The notes beneath the pieces were generated by a model. The model was not told the origin of the DNA. It searched no databases and saw nothing but the letters and a program-made list of their open reading frames with translations. From the NCBI GenBank assembly GCA_016217965.1, contig JACRFI010000016.1:129837-193836 (forward strand): a stretch of 64,000 nucleotides of DNA, given 5' to 3'. Made by a program: the position numbers and the translations under genes. Positions 36,738-45,830 of the stretch are shown one piece after another; position 1 is the stretch's first letter, and each line of letters opens with the position of its first letter. Source of the stretch: Candidatus Kaiserbacteria bacterium. GTDB lineage: Bacteria; Patescibacteriota; Minisyncoccia; Phycocordibacterales; UBA2100.

Positions 36738-37667
36738 ATGGGTTTGCTTTTTGTCTTTTTGATCTCGATAGCCAGCTTGCTTCCGATTTCAGTGGAAGCG
36801 CCTTATGTATACTTTGCGCCGATCACTCCATTGCAACAAAGAAAAGAGGCAAACATTCTTTTTGCAGGGGACATGATGTTCGACCGCTCAATCCGCATTG
36901 CTACAGAAAAAGAAGGTGATGGCTTCGTTCTCTCGTGCGTCAAAGATGTGCTGAGGCAGGCAGATCTAGTGGTAGCGAATCTCGAAGGTCCTATTACGTC
37001 GCATCCATCAATGAGCGCGACGAGTGTTTTGGGCACGCCGGAAAACATCACATTCACGTTTCCGACAACAACAGCCGAGCTTCTCGCGCGGCACAACATG
37101 GGGTTGGTTAACATCGGCAATAACCACATCATGAACTTCGGTAGCGAAGGGTTAGCACAAACGAAGGAGTGGCTCTCTAAAGCCGGTGTCAACTTCTTTG
37201 GCGATCCGGAAACCGATAATGTCGCAAAGGTTACGGTCGGTGGCATACCATTTTCATTCGTGAGTTGGAGCGACTGGACTGGTGGCACGCAGGAAAAGAT
37301 ATTGGATAAGATTCGTGCAGAGGCAGCACAGGGACAAATCGTGGTTGTATACACGCATTGGGGTGAAGAATATGTCGAACCGCCGGCGAGTGTGAGAGAG
37401 CTCGCGCATGCGTTTGTTGAGGCAGGTGCGGAGATAATAATCGGCTCACACCCGCATGTCATCCAGGAGAGTGAACTGTACAATGGTAAACAAATATACT
37501 ACTCGCTCGGAAATTTCGTGTTCGATCAATACTGGGATGAGGAAGTGCGCACAGGACTCCTCCTACAAATTGCCTTCAACGAAGGTGGCGTCGAATCCAT
37601 CGACGAGATTAAGACCCGTCTCGAACGTGACCGCAGGACGTGCTTGAAAGAGCAAGAGATTGAATAA
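36738..37667 (+). CDS. CapA/PGA_cap-family metallophosphatase (capsule/poly-gamma-glutamate synthesis-like)
   Basis: Signal peptide; motifs GDMMFDR, NLEGPIT, GNNHIMNFG, YTHWGEEY and GSHPHV. Confidence 0.75.
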   Translation: MGLLFVFLISIASLLPISVEAPYVYFAPITPLQQRKEANILFAGDMMFDRSIRIATEKEGDGFVLSCVKDVLRQADLVVANLEGPITSHPSMSATSVLGTPENITFTFPTTTAELLARHNMGLVNIGNNHIMNFGSEGLAQTKEWLSKAGVNFFGDPETDNVAKVTVGGIPFSFVSWSDWTGGTQEKILDKIRAEAAQGQIVVVYTHWGEEYVEPPASVRELAHAFVEAGAEIIIGSHPHVIQESELYNGKQIYYSLGNFVFDQYWDEEVRTGLLLQIAFNEGGVESIDEIKTRLERDRRTCLKEQEIE

Positions 37668-37729
37668 GATATCCACAACATTACGCCTTATGGTAGGTAC
37701 TACATATCTGGAAAGATTATAATTAATCG

Positions 37730-38428
37730 ATGGCGCATGTCTGGAATAAGGGTCTTACAAAGGATTCTCACACCTCGATCTTAAAAATATCTCAGACAAT
37801 GCGTCATCGGCATATTGATAATTTTGCCAAGTGGAGAGAGCACGCGCGTCGGTCAGGTTTACTTAAATCCACGTACCCCGAGTTTCCTAAAAATGAAGAT
37901 TTGGCAGAATTTATCGGAGTCGTCTTAGGCGATGGACATATTGGCGCTCTTCCAAGAACAGAAAGCCTTCGTATTGTAGCTAACTCAAACAACAAAGGAT
38001 TTGTAACTAGATACGCTAAGCTGGTCGAAAAAATATTTGCTAAAAAACCAAATGTTAAGAAGCGAAATGGCTCAGAAGCGATGAACATTACCATTTATGA
38101 ACGACATATTAGTCGACGACTTGGGATACCGTCAGGAGCACGAGGTAAAATTGTGAACAGAATTCCCAGATGGATAACTGAAAACCGAAAGATGATCATA
38201 CCCTTCCTGCGAGGTCTATATGAGGCCGAAGGGTGTTATTCTGTTCATAAGCCGACATATACATATAAAATGTTTTTCTCTAATCGAAATGATTCTTTGT
38301 TGGAACTTGTCTTTCGTCTCGTTACAAAATTGGGTTTTCATCCCCATGTATCGAAATACAGCGTACAAATCTCGAAAAAGCATGAGGTGCAAAAATTCAA
38401 GGATTTGATAGAGTTTCGACGTTACTGA
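37730..38428 (+). CDS. LAGLIDADG homing endonuclease (second copy, free-standing)
   Basis: 232 aa; motifs IGVVLGDGHI and LRGLYEAEGC. AT-rich; the stop is 8 nt upstream of tRNA-Gln. Confidence 0.7.
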   Translation: MAHVWNKGLTKDSHTSILKISQTMRHRHIDNFAKWREHARRSGLLKSTYPEFPKNEDLAEFIGVVLGDGHIGALPRTESLRIVANSNNKGFVTRYAKLVEKIFAKKPNVKKRNGSEAMNITIYERHISRRLGIPSGARGKIVNRIPRWITENRKMIIPFLRGLYEAEGCYSVHKPTYTYKMFFSNRNDSLLELVFRLVTKLGFHPHVSKYSVQISKKHEVQKFKDLIEFRRY

Positions 38429-38435
38429 GTAGCAT

Positions 38436-38509
38436 TGCCGGATCATCTAAAGGTAGGATGTCGCTCTCTGAAAGCGAAAATCTTGGTTCGATTCCAAGTC
38501 CGGCAACCA
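38436..38509 (+). tRNA. tRNA-Gln (anticodon CTG), CCA encoded
   Basis: Acceptor TGCCGGA/TCCGGCA with U1:A72 as in tRNA-Gln; D-arm ATCT-AAAGGTA-GGAT; anticodon stem TCGCT/AGCGA with loop CTCTGAA; T-arm CTTGG-TTCGATT-CCAAG; ACCA tail. Confidence 0.8.
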
Positions 38510-38554
38510 GTTTGAGCGAGGTTCTCGCGCTCGCGTCGCGTCAAAATATAAGGT

Positions 38555-39133
38555 ATGAGAAAAATTGATATCAGAGAAATTCAAGATCCGCATAGACAAT
38601 ATTGGAGGCTTCTTTTCAGGAAAATTAATGAAACTTTTTTTGGGGACTTCAGAACAAGAGCCTATAGTATTGTGGTTGTAGCTTTAGTCTTGCTTGTGAT
38701 TTTTGGACTGGCGATACCCAAATCTGAGTTTTCTGTCGCGGGTTTTACGTTTGAATTGCCCTGGCTGAATTCACCGTCTAAACATAAGACATTTGATAGA
38801 TCTATCTTTAGTGTTGCTTGGGAAGTGTCGCACGGACAAATCACTGCTGAAGAACAGAATGATATTATTGCGCGAATATCTGGTCTTGAAACTAAGGCGG
38901 CGAATGGGACAGTTATAAGTATTTGGAGAGAAGATCGCTCTCTAACAATTGAGGGGCTTGGCGACGATCCTAATCAATCAGGGTCAATACGATGTGACTT
39001 TCCCGCGAGTAGCTTTGATGTTTTTATCACAAGTTTAAAACAAGGGGACTATGTCGGCTTTAAAGGCACGATTTCGCATTTTGACCCCTCTCGTCAGAGG
39101 ATAGTTCTTAAAGATTGTTATTTCCTTGGATAA
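38555..39133 (+). CDS. Hypothetical membrane-anchored protein (AT-rich)
   Basis: 192 aa with a single N-terminal TM (IVVVALVLLVIFGLAI); no known motif. Confidence 0.35.
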   Translation: MRKIDIREIQDPHRQYWRLLFRKINETFFGDFRTRAYSIVVVALVLLVIFGLAIPKSEFSVAGFTFELPWLNSPSKHKTFDRSIFSVAWEVSHGQITAEEQNDIIARISGLETKAANGTVISIWREDRSLTIEGLGDDPNQSGSIRCDFPASSFDVFITSLKQGDYVGFKGTISHFDPSRQRIVLKDCYFLG

Positions 39134-39300
39134 AAGTTTCAGTTTCGACACACTCGGTCAGCCAACTCGTGCTAAGTTAGCGCGTTCAAAATGTGTCGTT
39201 TAAAAAGTGTAGAATATGTTTAAACCGTCAAGCAGGGCCTAACCGACCACCGTTCTAGCTCAAGACGGCCAAATAGAGCGACGCGGTATACTTGTGCCTC

Positions 39301-40578
39301 ATGAACTTTGGGGCTTTTTTCAACCACACTTTTGCGTCGCTCAAGATACGCAATTATCGGTTGTATTTTATCGGCCAGGCCATATCTCTTTCAGGGACGT
39401 GGATGCAGATAATCGCGCTCGGATGGCTTACGCTTGAGGTCACCGGTTCTGGCAGTCAATTGGGCCTCGTCATCGCGGTGCAGTACGTGCCGATCCTTCT
39501 TTTTGGATTTTGGGGCGGCATGATTGCCGATAGGTTCGACAAAAGGAGAATCCTTATTCTTACGCAAGCGGGTCTTGGGCTTGTCGCGCTTTCTATGAGC
39601 ATTGTCGTATTTGCCGGCATTATTCGGCCTTGGATGCTTTTTTCCTTCGCCGTTTGCTGGGGCATCATTCGAATATTCGATAACCCGACGCGCCTTACAT
39701 TCGTCTTTGAGATGGTCGATGCGAGCCATATCAAAAACGCCGTGAGCCTCAACGCCACGGAAAATAATCTTGCTCGCGCTATCGGACCCTCGATCGGCGG
39801 CGTTCTCATCGCGACCACGGGCATCGCATTTTGCTTTTTCTTTAATGCAGTTACGTACATCGCGGTTATCGCCATGCTCTTTTTTATGCGCGAACACGAG
39901 CTTCATCGCTCTCCACCCATCGCGCGAAAGCCAGGGCAGTTGCGAGAAGGATTGCGATACATTATGGAAACGCCACGGATCAGGGATGTCCTTATCGTGA
40001 TAGCGGTGATCGGCACATTCGCGTACGAATTTCAGGTTAGCCTGCCTCTCTTTGCACAACAAACATTTCTCGCGGGAGCGAGCGCCTATGCAGCTCTCAT
40101 GGCTTCATTTGGGGTCGGCGCGGCAATTGGCGGGCTCTATGCTGCTTCGAGGCACACAGTAGCACCTCGGCAATTTCTCATTTCAGGATTTCTATTTGGC
40201 GCGAGCATCATTGGGACATCGCTTGCGCCAACACTGCCGATAGCAATTATTGGCATGGTTTTCATTGGCATTTTCGCGACAAATGTGACGTCAATAGGGA
40301 ACACTATGATCCAATTGGAAAGCATCCCTCAGATGAGAGGCCGCGTCATGGCGCTGTGGGAGATTGCGATGATTGGCTCGACACCGATAGGAGGTCCTAT
40401 AATAGGGTGGATCGGGCAGAACATCGGCGCGAGGTGGGCTATTGCGACGGGAGGCATCGCGACAGTGAGCGCGATCATTCTCGGCTCACGCAGGCTGCTT
40501 AAAAAAGTCGCGATGCAGGAGATCCCGACAGACGTGAAAATCGGGGAAGAGGAAATGAACATTGCAAACTCCCAGTGA
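39301..40578 (+). CDS. MFS transporter
   Basis: About 12 TM segments with MFS-like loop motifs (GGMIADRFDKRR). Confidence 0.75.
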   Translation: MNFGAFFNHTFASLKIRNYRLYFIGQAISLSGTWMQIIALGWLTLEVTGSGSQLGLVIAVQYVPILLFGFWGGMIADRFDKRRILILTQAGLGLVALSMSIVVFAGIIRPWMLFSFAVCWGIIRIFDNPTRLTFVFEMVDASHIKNAVSLNATENNLARAIGPSIGGVLIATTGIAFCFFFNAVTYIAVIAMLFFMREHELHRSPPIARKPGQLREGLRYIMETPRIRDVLIVIAVIGTFAYEFQVSLPLFAQQTFLAGASAYAALMASFGVGAAIGGLYAASRHTVAPRQFLISGFLFGASIIGTSLAPTLPIAIIGMVFIGIFATNVTSIGNTMIQLESIPQMRGRVMALWEIAMIGSTPIGGPIIGWIGQNIGARWAIATGGIATVSAIILGSRRLLKKVAMQEIPTDVKIGEEEMNIANSQ

Positions 40579-40690
40579 AATCCTCAGACAATACTTCTTC
40601 ATTGCTCGCGTTGCTTCACTGCGCAGTTCAATGGAGATTGTCGTTTCCATACAGTCCATTTTTCGACAGTGTACAATAGGGTCGATACTC

Positions 40691-42025
40691 ATGATTTTTC
40701 TGAGAACTCTTCTCTTTGCATGTCTTTTCGGAATTTCGGCTTCAATTGTATTTGCGCAGGATTTTTCTTCGACCAACTATACAGTACTTGCTCCAGTAAT
40801 TGTGCCCGGAGGGTATTCGACATCATCATCGTTCGGTTTGCAGAGTATTCTGACCCAGATAGGCGTTGGGACATCGACCGCGAGTTCGTTTGGCGCACAT
40901 GTTGGATTTCCCTTTTTCCCACTTGTCTCAACACCTGCCGTTTCGGCCACGGCGGGGGATGCTGAAGTCGCGCTTTCTTGGAGCGCATCGGAAGGATACT
41001 TAGGTTGGACGGTAGCCGGGTATGACGTTGGACAATCTACATCCGCAGGCGGCACATACTCGTACACCAGCCTGGGGAATGTAACGAGTAGTACGCGCAC
41101 AGGCCTCACCAACGGTACGACATACTATTTTGTGATCAATCCGAAAGATTCATTCGGAAACCGAATTGCGACTTCGACAGAAATTTCGGGAGCGCCGACG
41201 TCAGGTTACTCGCAGGCTTCATATTATTCTCAGGGCTCGTATGGTGGAGGAGGTGGAGGAGGTGGAGGAGGAGGTGGTGGTGGTGGAGGGGGTGGGGGCG
41301 GAGGTGGTTCGGCTGTCGAATTCTCTGGAAGGGCGTATCCAGGCCGCACAGTCACGCTTCTTAAAGACGCGCAGGTCGTGAGTTCGTCGAATGCGGGCGC
41401 CGATGCGCGTTTCTCGATGTCCATCGGCGGTGTATCTGCGGGGAATTACATTTTTTCAGTGTATAGCGAGGACAAGGACGGAATTCGTTCTAGTCTTCAG
41501 ACATTTCCGGTCAGCGTATCAGGAACGACGCTCACAACGGTCTCAGGTATTTTTCTTGCACCTACAATTGCGACAGATAAAAGCCAGGTAAAGCGCGGCG
41601 ACAATATAATTATATTCGGGCAGAGCCAGCCGGATGCGAACATCACCATCACCGTCAATTCGGAGAAAGAGATATATGCGCAAACGAAATCTGATCCAAG
41701 CGGTGTGTATCTTTACAATTTAGATTCGCAGCTGCTCGAGATGGGTGATCACACGGCAAAATCAAAAAGCGCGCTTGCGAACGAGATCAGTTCGTTTTCT
41801 GCGGCTGCAGCGTTTATGGTTGGCGATGAGAATGTGTTAAAAGAGACAAAGAAGATGGCGCCAAAAGGGGATTCAAACGGGGACAATAAAGTGAACCTTG
41901 TCGACTTCTCGATCGTCGCATACTGGTACAACCGTGCGAATCCTCCTGCAAAGGCTGACCTGAACGGCGATGGAAAGGTAAACCTCGTCGATCTTTCTAT
42001 TATGGCGTTTCATTGGACTGGTTGA
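40691..42025 (+). CDS. Cell-surface protein with an FN3-like domain, a poly-Gly linker, Ig-like region and two C-terminal dockerin-type Ca-binding repeats
   Basis: Signal peptide MIFLRTLLFACLFGISASIVFAQ; about 24 consecutive Gly; dockerin repeats GDSNGDNKVNLVDFSIVAYW and DLNGDGKVNLVDLSIMAFHW. Confidence 0.6.
   Translation: MIFLRTLLFACLFGISASIVFAQDFSSTNYTVLAPVIVPGGYSTSSSFGLQSILTQIGVGTSTASSFGAHVGFPFFPLVSTPAVSATAGDAEVALSWSASEGYLGWTVAGYDVGQSTSAGGTYSYTSLGNVTSSTRTGLTNGTTYYFVINPKDSFGNRIATSTEISGAPTSGYSQASYYSQGSYGGGGGGGGGGGGGGGGGGGGGGSAVEFSGRAYPGRTVTLLKDAQVVSSSNAGADARFSMSIGGVSAGNYIFSVYSEDKDGIRSSLQTFPVSVSGTTLTTVSGIFLAPTIATDKSQVKRGDNIIIFGQSQPDANITITVNSEKEIYAQTKSDPSGVYLYNLDSQLLEMGDHTAKSKSALANEISSFSAAAAFMVGDENVLKETKKMAPKGDSNGDNKVNLVDFSIVAYWYNRANPPAKADLNGDGKVNLVDLSIMAFHWTG
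41243..41318 (+). repeat. GGN trinucleotide tract encoding a poly-glycine linker (potentially length-variable)
   Basis: ggtggaggaggtggaggaggtggaggaggaggtggtggtggtggagggggtgggggcggaggtggt. Confidence 0.6.
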
Positions 42026-42026
42026 T

Positions 42027-42848
42027 ATGAGAATATTTCCGCTCGTCTTTGTATTTTTTTCGTTTGCGCCATTCGCATATGCAGCGGAGTTGAATCTCTC
42101 CGCCTCGGAAATTTTGAGGGTGGGAAGTTCGGTTGTGATTACGGCAACTCTCGATACGTTGGATGAAAAAATAAATGCACTCGAAGGAGCACTTAGCTAT
42201 CCAAAAGAATATCTCATGTTGCGCGAAATTCGTGATGGAAATTCTGTGATTAATTTTTGGGTCGAGCGTCCACATGATGCGGAAGACGCGATCCGTTTTT
42301 CGGGGATAACACCTGGCGGTATTTCAGGCGAGGGTTCAGAAGTTTTTACACTCGTTTTTGAAGTGGCGCGAGTGGAGGATGTTCATTTCGAACTGGAACA
42401 TGCAAAAGCGTATCGAAATGATGGAGAAGGTACCGAAGTTTCACTTCGCCTGAACAATACTATTCGGGTGCAAGAACGTGATGTAGAGGAGGACTCATCT
42501 TTGCCCGAGCCGTTTGTGATTTCCCTGGCATCCGACGAGGCGCTTTTTGAAGGTCAGCGGTTCATTGTGTTTGCGACACAAGACAAGCAATCGGGTATTG
42601 AACACTATGAAGTCTGCGAAGGAATACTCGGAAGATGTATGCGCACGGAAAGTCCTTTTCTCCTTGAAAACCAGAAAAGCAACTCGCTTATCACGGTGCG
42701 TGCCTATGATCGCGAGGGACATGTACGCGTTGCGCGTCTATTCACGCCTGAAGCCAAAATACGATACTCGTTCTACAGCATCTTTGGTATACTTATGTTC
42801 GTGAGCGCCGGGGCGTATGCCCGCAGAAAGAGCGCCTTTCTCGCATAA
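42027..42848 (+). CDS. Membrane-anchored cohesin-domain protein
   Basis: Signal peptide; cohesin-like core (VGSSVVITATLDTLDEKINALEGALSYPKEYLMLREIRDGNSV...FTLVFEV); C-terminal TM anchor. Confidence 0.55.
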   Translation: MRIFPLVFVFFSFAPFAYAAELNLSASEILRVGSSVVITATLDTLDEKINALEGALSYPKEYLMLREIRDGNSVINFWVERPHDAEDAIRFSGITPGGISGEGSEVFTLVFEVARVEDVHFELEHAKAYRNDGEGTEVSLRLNNTIRVQERDVEEDSSLPEPFVISLASDEALFEGQRFIVFATQDKQSGIEHYEVCEGILGRCMRTESPFLLENQKSNSLITVRAYDREGHVRVARLFTPEAKIRYSFYSIFGILMFVSAGAYARRKSAFLA

Positions 42849-42853
42849 TCTCT

Positions 42854-43894
42854 ATGAGAAAGGCTTTTGGAACTTTAGTATTCGTGGCAGCTTTTGCCGT
42901 ACCTATAGTAGCCTCTGCTGCAACGATGCGCATCGCGCCGGCGAGTGCTTCGGCAGTATCCGGAGGTAGTGTCTCAGTTTCCGTGCAGGTGACGAGCAGC
43001 GACCAGGCGATGAATGCTGCATCAGGCGTTTTAAAATTTCCGCCAGATCTTTTGCAAGTATCATCAATTTCTAAAAGCGGTTCGATCATCGGGCTATGGG
43101 CGCAGGAACCGTCGCATTCGAATATCGCGGGCACGGTGAATTTCGAGGGTGTCGTTTTGAATCCTGGATTCATCGGCTCAAATGGCACCGTGCTCACGGT
43201 AACATTCCGTGCGCTCGTAGCGGGCGTTGCGTCCCTCTCTATTTCTTCAGGATCAGTGCTCGCAAATGATGGCAACGGAACAGAAGTTTTGACAGGTTCA
43301 CTTCCGGGTTTCGTTTTAATTTCAGAAGGTGTAGCCGTAGCACCTTCTGCCTCCCCGAATCCATCCCCCACCTCACAAACATCCAGCGTAGAACGCATCG
43401 TGATAACGTCGCCAACGCATCCAGATCCTGCTAAAGCATATCGTGCGCAACTTGTAAGATTGGAATGGAAGAATCCGCGCGGGACCGGTACGACGCGTGT
43501 TTTATATGACCGTAACCCGTCTTCCATCCCGAGTGTGATTTATGATCCACCTATCACATCAAAAGAAATTTCTCCCGGGAATGGCACGTGGTATTTCCAT
43601 GCGCAAGCGCGGACGGACTCAGGATGGGGGCCGGTGGCGCATTTTAAGTTCACGATCGATCCAAACGCACCAGAGGAAACTACTGTAGCCACGTCGAGCA
43701 AGAAGGACCTGCTCGACATTTCTGTCACGATCGCAAAAGAAGAGCCACTGTCACCGTGGGAGCGGACCAAGGCTATTGCCATCGCAGTCTTTTGGCTTAT
43801 GGCGAGTCAGTGGCCGTCTGCGCTGGTTGCTTTGTTCGCCTACGCGATCATACGGTACCGCCGAATGAAAAGGATTTCGTCACGATTTCACTAA
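42854..43894 (+). CDS. Membrane-anchored cohesin-domain protein (second paralog)
   Basis: Signal peptide; SGGSVSVSVQVTSSDQAMNAASGVLKFPPDLLQVSSISKSGSIIGLWAQEP...TVLTVTFRAL; Pro/Ser linker; C-terminal TM. Confidence 0.55.
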   Translation: MRKAFGTLVFVAAFAVPIVASAATMRIAPASASAVSGGSVSVSVQVTSSDQAMNAASGVLKFPPDLLQVSSISKSGSIIGLWAQEPSHSNIAGTVNFEGVVLNPGFIGSNGTVLTVTFRALVAGVASLSISSGSVLANDGNGTEVLTGSLPGFVLISEGVAVAPSASPNPSPTSQTSSVERIVITSPTHPDPAKAYRAQLVRLEWKNPRGTGTTRVLYDRNPSSIPSVIYDPPITSKEISPGNGTWYFHAQARTDSGWGPVAHFKFTIDPNAPEETTVATSSKKDLLDISVTIAKEEPLSPWERTKAIAIAVFWLMASQWPSALVALFAYAIIRYRRMKRISSRFH

Positions 43895-44716
43895 CGTGTG
43901 CGCGCGTGCCGAGTGAGGAAATGAAAAACTCATCTTTCTGCCAAAACGAGCTTCGTATTTTGCGACAAGCACTGCTACGACTGCGGCCGGATCGCCAGTT
44001 ATGTTCAATATTCGGCCCTCGCCATCAATAGATAGTCCCTCGATGCCATTTGTCATTGCAAGTGCGCGTGCGCCCTCGTGGAGGCGCATTTGTTGGACCA
44101 TGTCGCTCACTATCTCATAATAGATACGCTCTGCATGGGCGACATGCGAATAATCGAAAGAGTGAGCGAAATGGCGAGATGCATGGTTGAATTTTCTAGC
44201 GGCAGCAAATAGTGCCGCAGTTGCTAGTGCCGTAAAAAGGCAAATGAGCGCGTAGGCAAGAAGATTGCTGACAAATATTCCTGCGAATTTTCTCTCCACC
44301 GCAAATTGATAGCTTGCGATGGCTGGTGATTCTTGCCCATTGTAGCTAACCGTTGTCCGAGCCAAATAGGTTCCAGATGCGATATTGTCCGGCAGATCAA
44401 TATTGTGGATAAAGCTTGCTGACGTCTCAAGTGCGACAACTTCTCGGTACGTGACAACCGTTGTACCGTTCTGAGCGCGAATGTCATACAGAATGGATAC
44501 ATCGACGCGTTCGTTTCTGCCGAAATTCAAAAGTTTGATCTGGATTGGAAGTGATTCACCGGGTGCGATCCGTGTACTGAGAGCAGTAGAGCCGCTCTGA
44601 ATCTCTTCCGCTGCAAGGAAAAGCGGTACGCAAAAGAAAACGCAAAGAAGGCTTGAGAGAAGTCTATATTTCAGATGTATCACGCGTCCTCTCATGGCTG
44701 TAAAACATGGTAGCAT
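43880..44716 (-). CDS. Hypothetical signal-peptide / membrane protein
   Basis: 278 aa; N-terminal hydrophobic LLSSLLCVFFCVPLFLAAEE and a mid-protein TM; no known motif. Confidence 0.4.
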   Translation of the reverse strand: MLPCFTAMRGRVIHLKYRLLSSLLCVFFCVPLFLAAEEIQSGSTALSTRIAPGESLPIQIKLLNFGRNERVDVSILYDIRAQNGTTVVTYREVVALETSASFIHNIDLPDNIASGTYLARTTVSYNGQESPAIASYQFAVERKFAGIFVSNLLAYALICLFTALATAALFAAARKFNHASRHFAHSFDYSHVAHAERIYYEIVSDMVQQMRLHEGARALAMTNGIEGLSIDGEGRILNITGDPAAVVAVLVAKYEARFGRKMSFSFPHSARAHTLVKS

Positions 44717-44722
44717 GGCTGG

Positions 44723-45109
44723 ATGGCGGACGGCTCGAAAGTGCTGATTATTGAGGACGAGCTTTCACTCATCGAGGCGCTGCGTGATGCTCTTACGCGG
44801 CGGGGCATCGCAGTCATTTCTGCGGAAGATGGTGAGCGTGGACTCGCGGCCGCAAAGGAGCACGAACCAGATCTGATACTCCTTGATATTGTCATGCCGA
44901 AGATGGATGGCCTTGCTATGCTGAAAGCGCTGCGCGAGAGTACATGGGGGAAAAATATGCCCGTCATCATACTCACGAATCTTTCGGCTGACAGCAGCGA
45001 CAGGGTGCGCGCGCTCATAGAATACACTCCTCTCTTGTACCTCGTAAAAAGCGATTGGAACCTTCATGACATTGTCGCTAAAGTCGAAGCCGCACTCACG
45101 CAGGAATGA
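44723..45109 (+). CDS. Stand-alone response regulator receiver (CheY-like)
   Basis: 128 aa; the LIIEDE acidic pocket, the phospho-acceptor D in LILLDIVMP, and the T and K positions (ILTNL...YLVKS). Confidence 0.75.
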   Translation: MADGSKVLIIEDELSLIEALRDALTRRGIAVISAEDGERGLAAAKEHEPDLILLDIVMPKMDGLAMLKALRESTWGKNMPVIILTNLSADSSDRVRALIEYTPLLYLVKSDWNLHDIVAKVEAALTQE

Positions 45110-45128
45110 ATAAAACCACGTTAATCGC

Positions 45129-45830
45129 ATGAATGAAGCCCTGTTTGTTGCGGCGATACTTGTTAATCTCCTTTTTATCGCCCTTGCGGCGCGCTTCGGT
45201 CGCGTGGGACTCGTTCTCGCGATGGCGGTCAATCTCATCCTCGTCTCGACGTTTGCGCCGAAGCTGGTTACCGTTTTCGGATTCGTCTCGAATGTCGGGA
45301 ATATTTTTTACGGGTCGCTCTTTATTGCAGCAAATATATTAGTTGAGAGATATGGCACAAAAGCCGCCTTTACCGCGATTTGGATGTCTTTTGCGGGCAA
45401 TATTTTCTTCGTGGTTATGAGTCAGTTTGCGCTCCGATTTATAGGCGAGACACAAAGTCTCGCAACAAACGATGCGATCTCCACTGTGTTTGCGAGCGCA
45501 CCGCGCACCGCGCTCGCCAGTGTTGTAGCATACTTGTTGGTGCAGCATTTTAATGTGTGGTTGTACTCTTTTGTAAAAGCGAAGACAGGAGAGCGTCTTC
45601 TGTGGCTTCGTCACATTTCGTCAACGACCACTTCTCAATTGCTCGACAGCGTCATATTTTTCAGCATCGCATTTTATGCGGTGATCCCAAACAACATTCT
45701 CGTAGAAGCGATGATCGTGGGGTTTGTTCTGAAAACAGCTATCGGAGTTGTCGGCACGCCGCTCCTGTACTTTGTACGCTTGTTCATCATGTCGGAAATC
45801 CAAGAAAAAGAAGACGGCTATGTCACTTAA
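45129..45830 (+). CDS. YhhQ/DUF165-family membrane protein (putative queuosine-precursor transporter)
   Basis: 233 aa, about six TMs; the conserved region IFYGSLFIAANILVERYG resembles the VUT/YhhQ family. Tentative. Confidence 0.5.
   Translation: MNEALFVAAILVNLLFIALAARFGRVGLVLAMAVNLILVSTFAPKLVTVFGFVSNVGNIFYGSLFIAANILVERYGTKAAFTAIWMSFAGNIFFVVMSQFALRFIGETQSLATNDAISTVFASAPRTALASVVAYLLVQHFNVWLYSFVKAKTGERLLWLRHISSTTTSQLLDSVIFFSIAFYAVIPNNILVEAMIVGFVLKTAIGVVGTPLLYFVRLFIMSEIQEKEDGYVT

Noticed and set aside
41243-41318. Repetitive GGN tract as a possible CRISPR/VNTR non-coding array
   Set aside because: It is in-frame within a surface-protein gene and encodes a poly-Gly linker. No spacer-repeat periodicity is present, and no cas genes are in the window.
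45748-45819. Longer N-terminal extension of the HAMP sensor ORF overlapping the YhhQ-like gene
   Set aside because: The in-frame ATG at 45820 (MSLKVK...) precedes the first TM. The extension overlaps 80 nt of the upstream gene and translates to low-complexity sequence.
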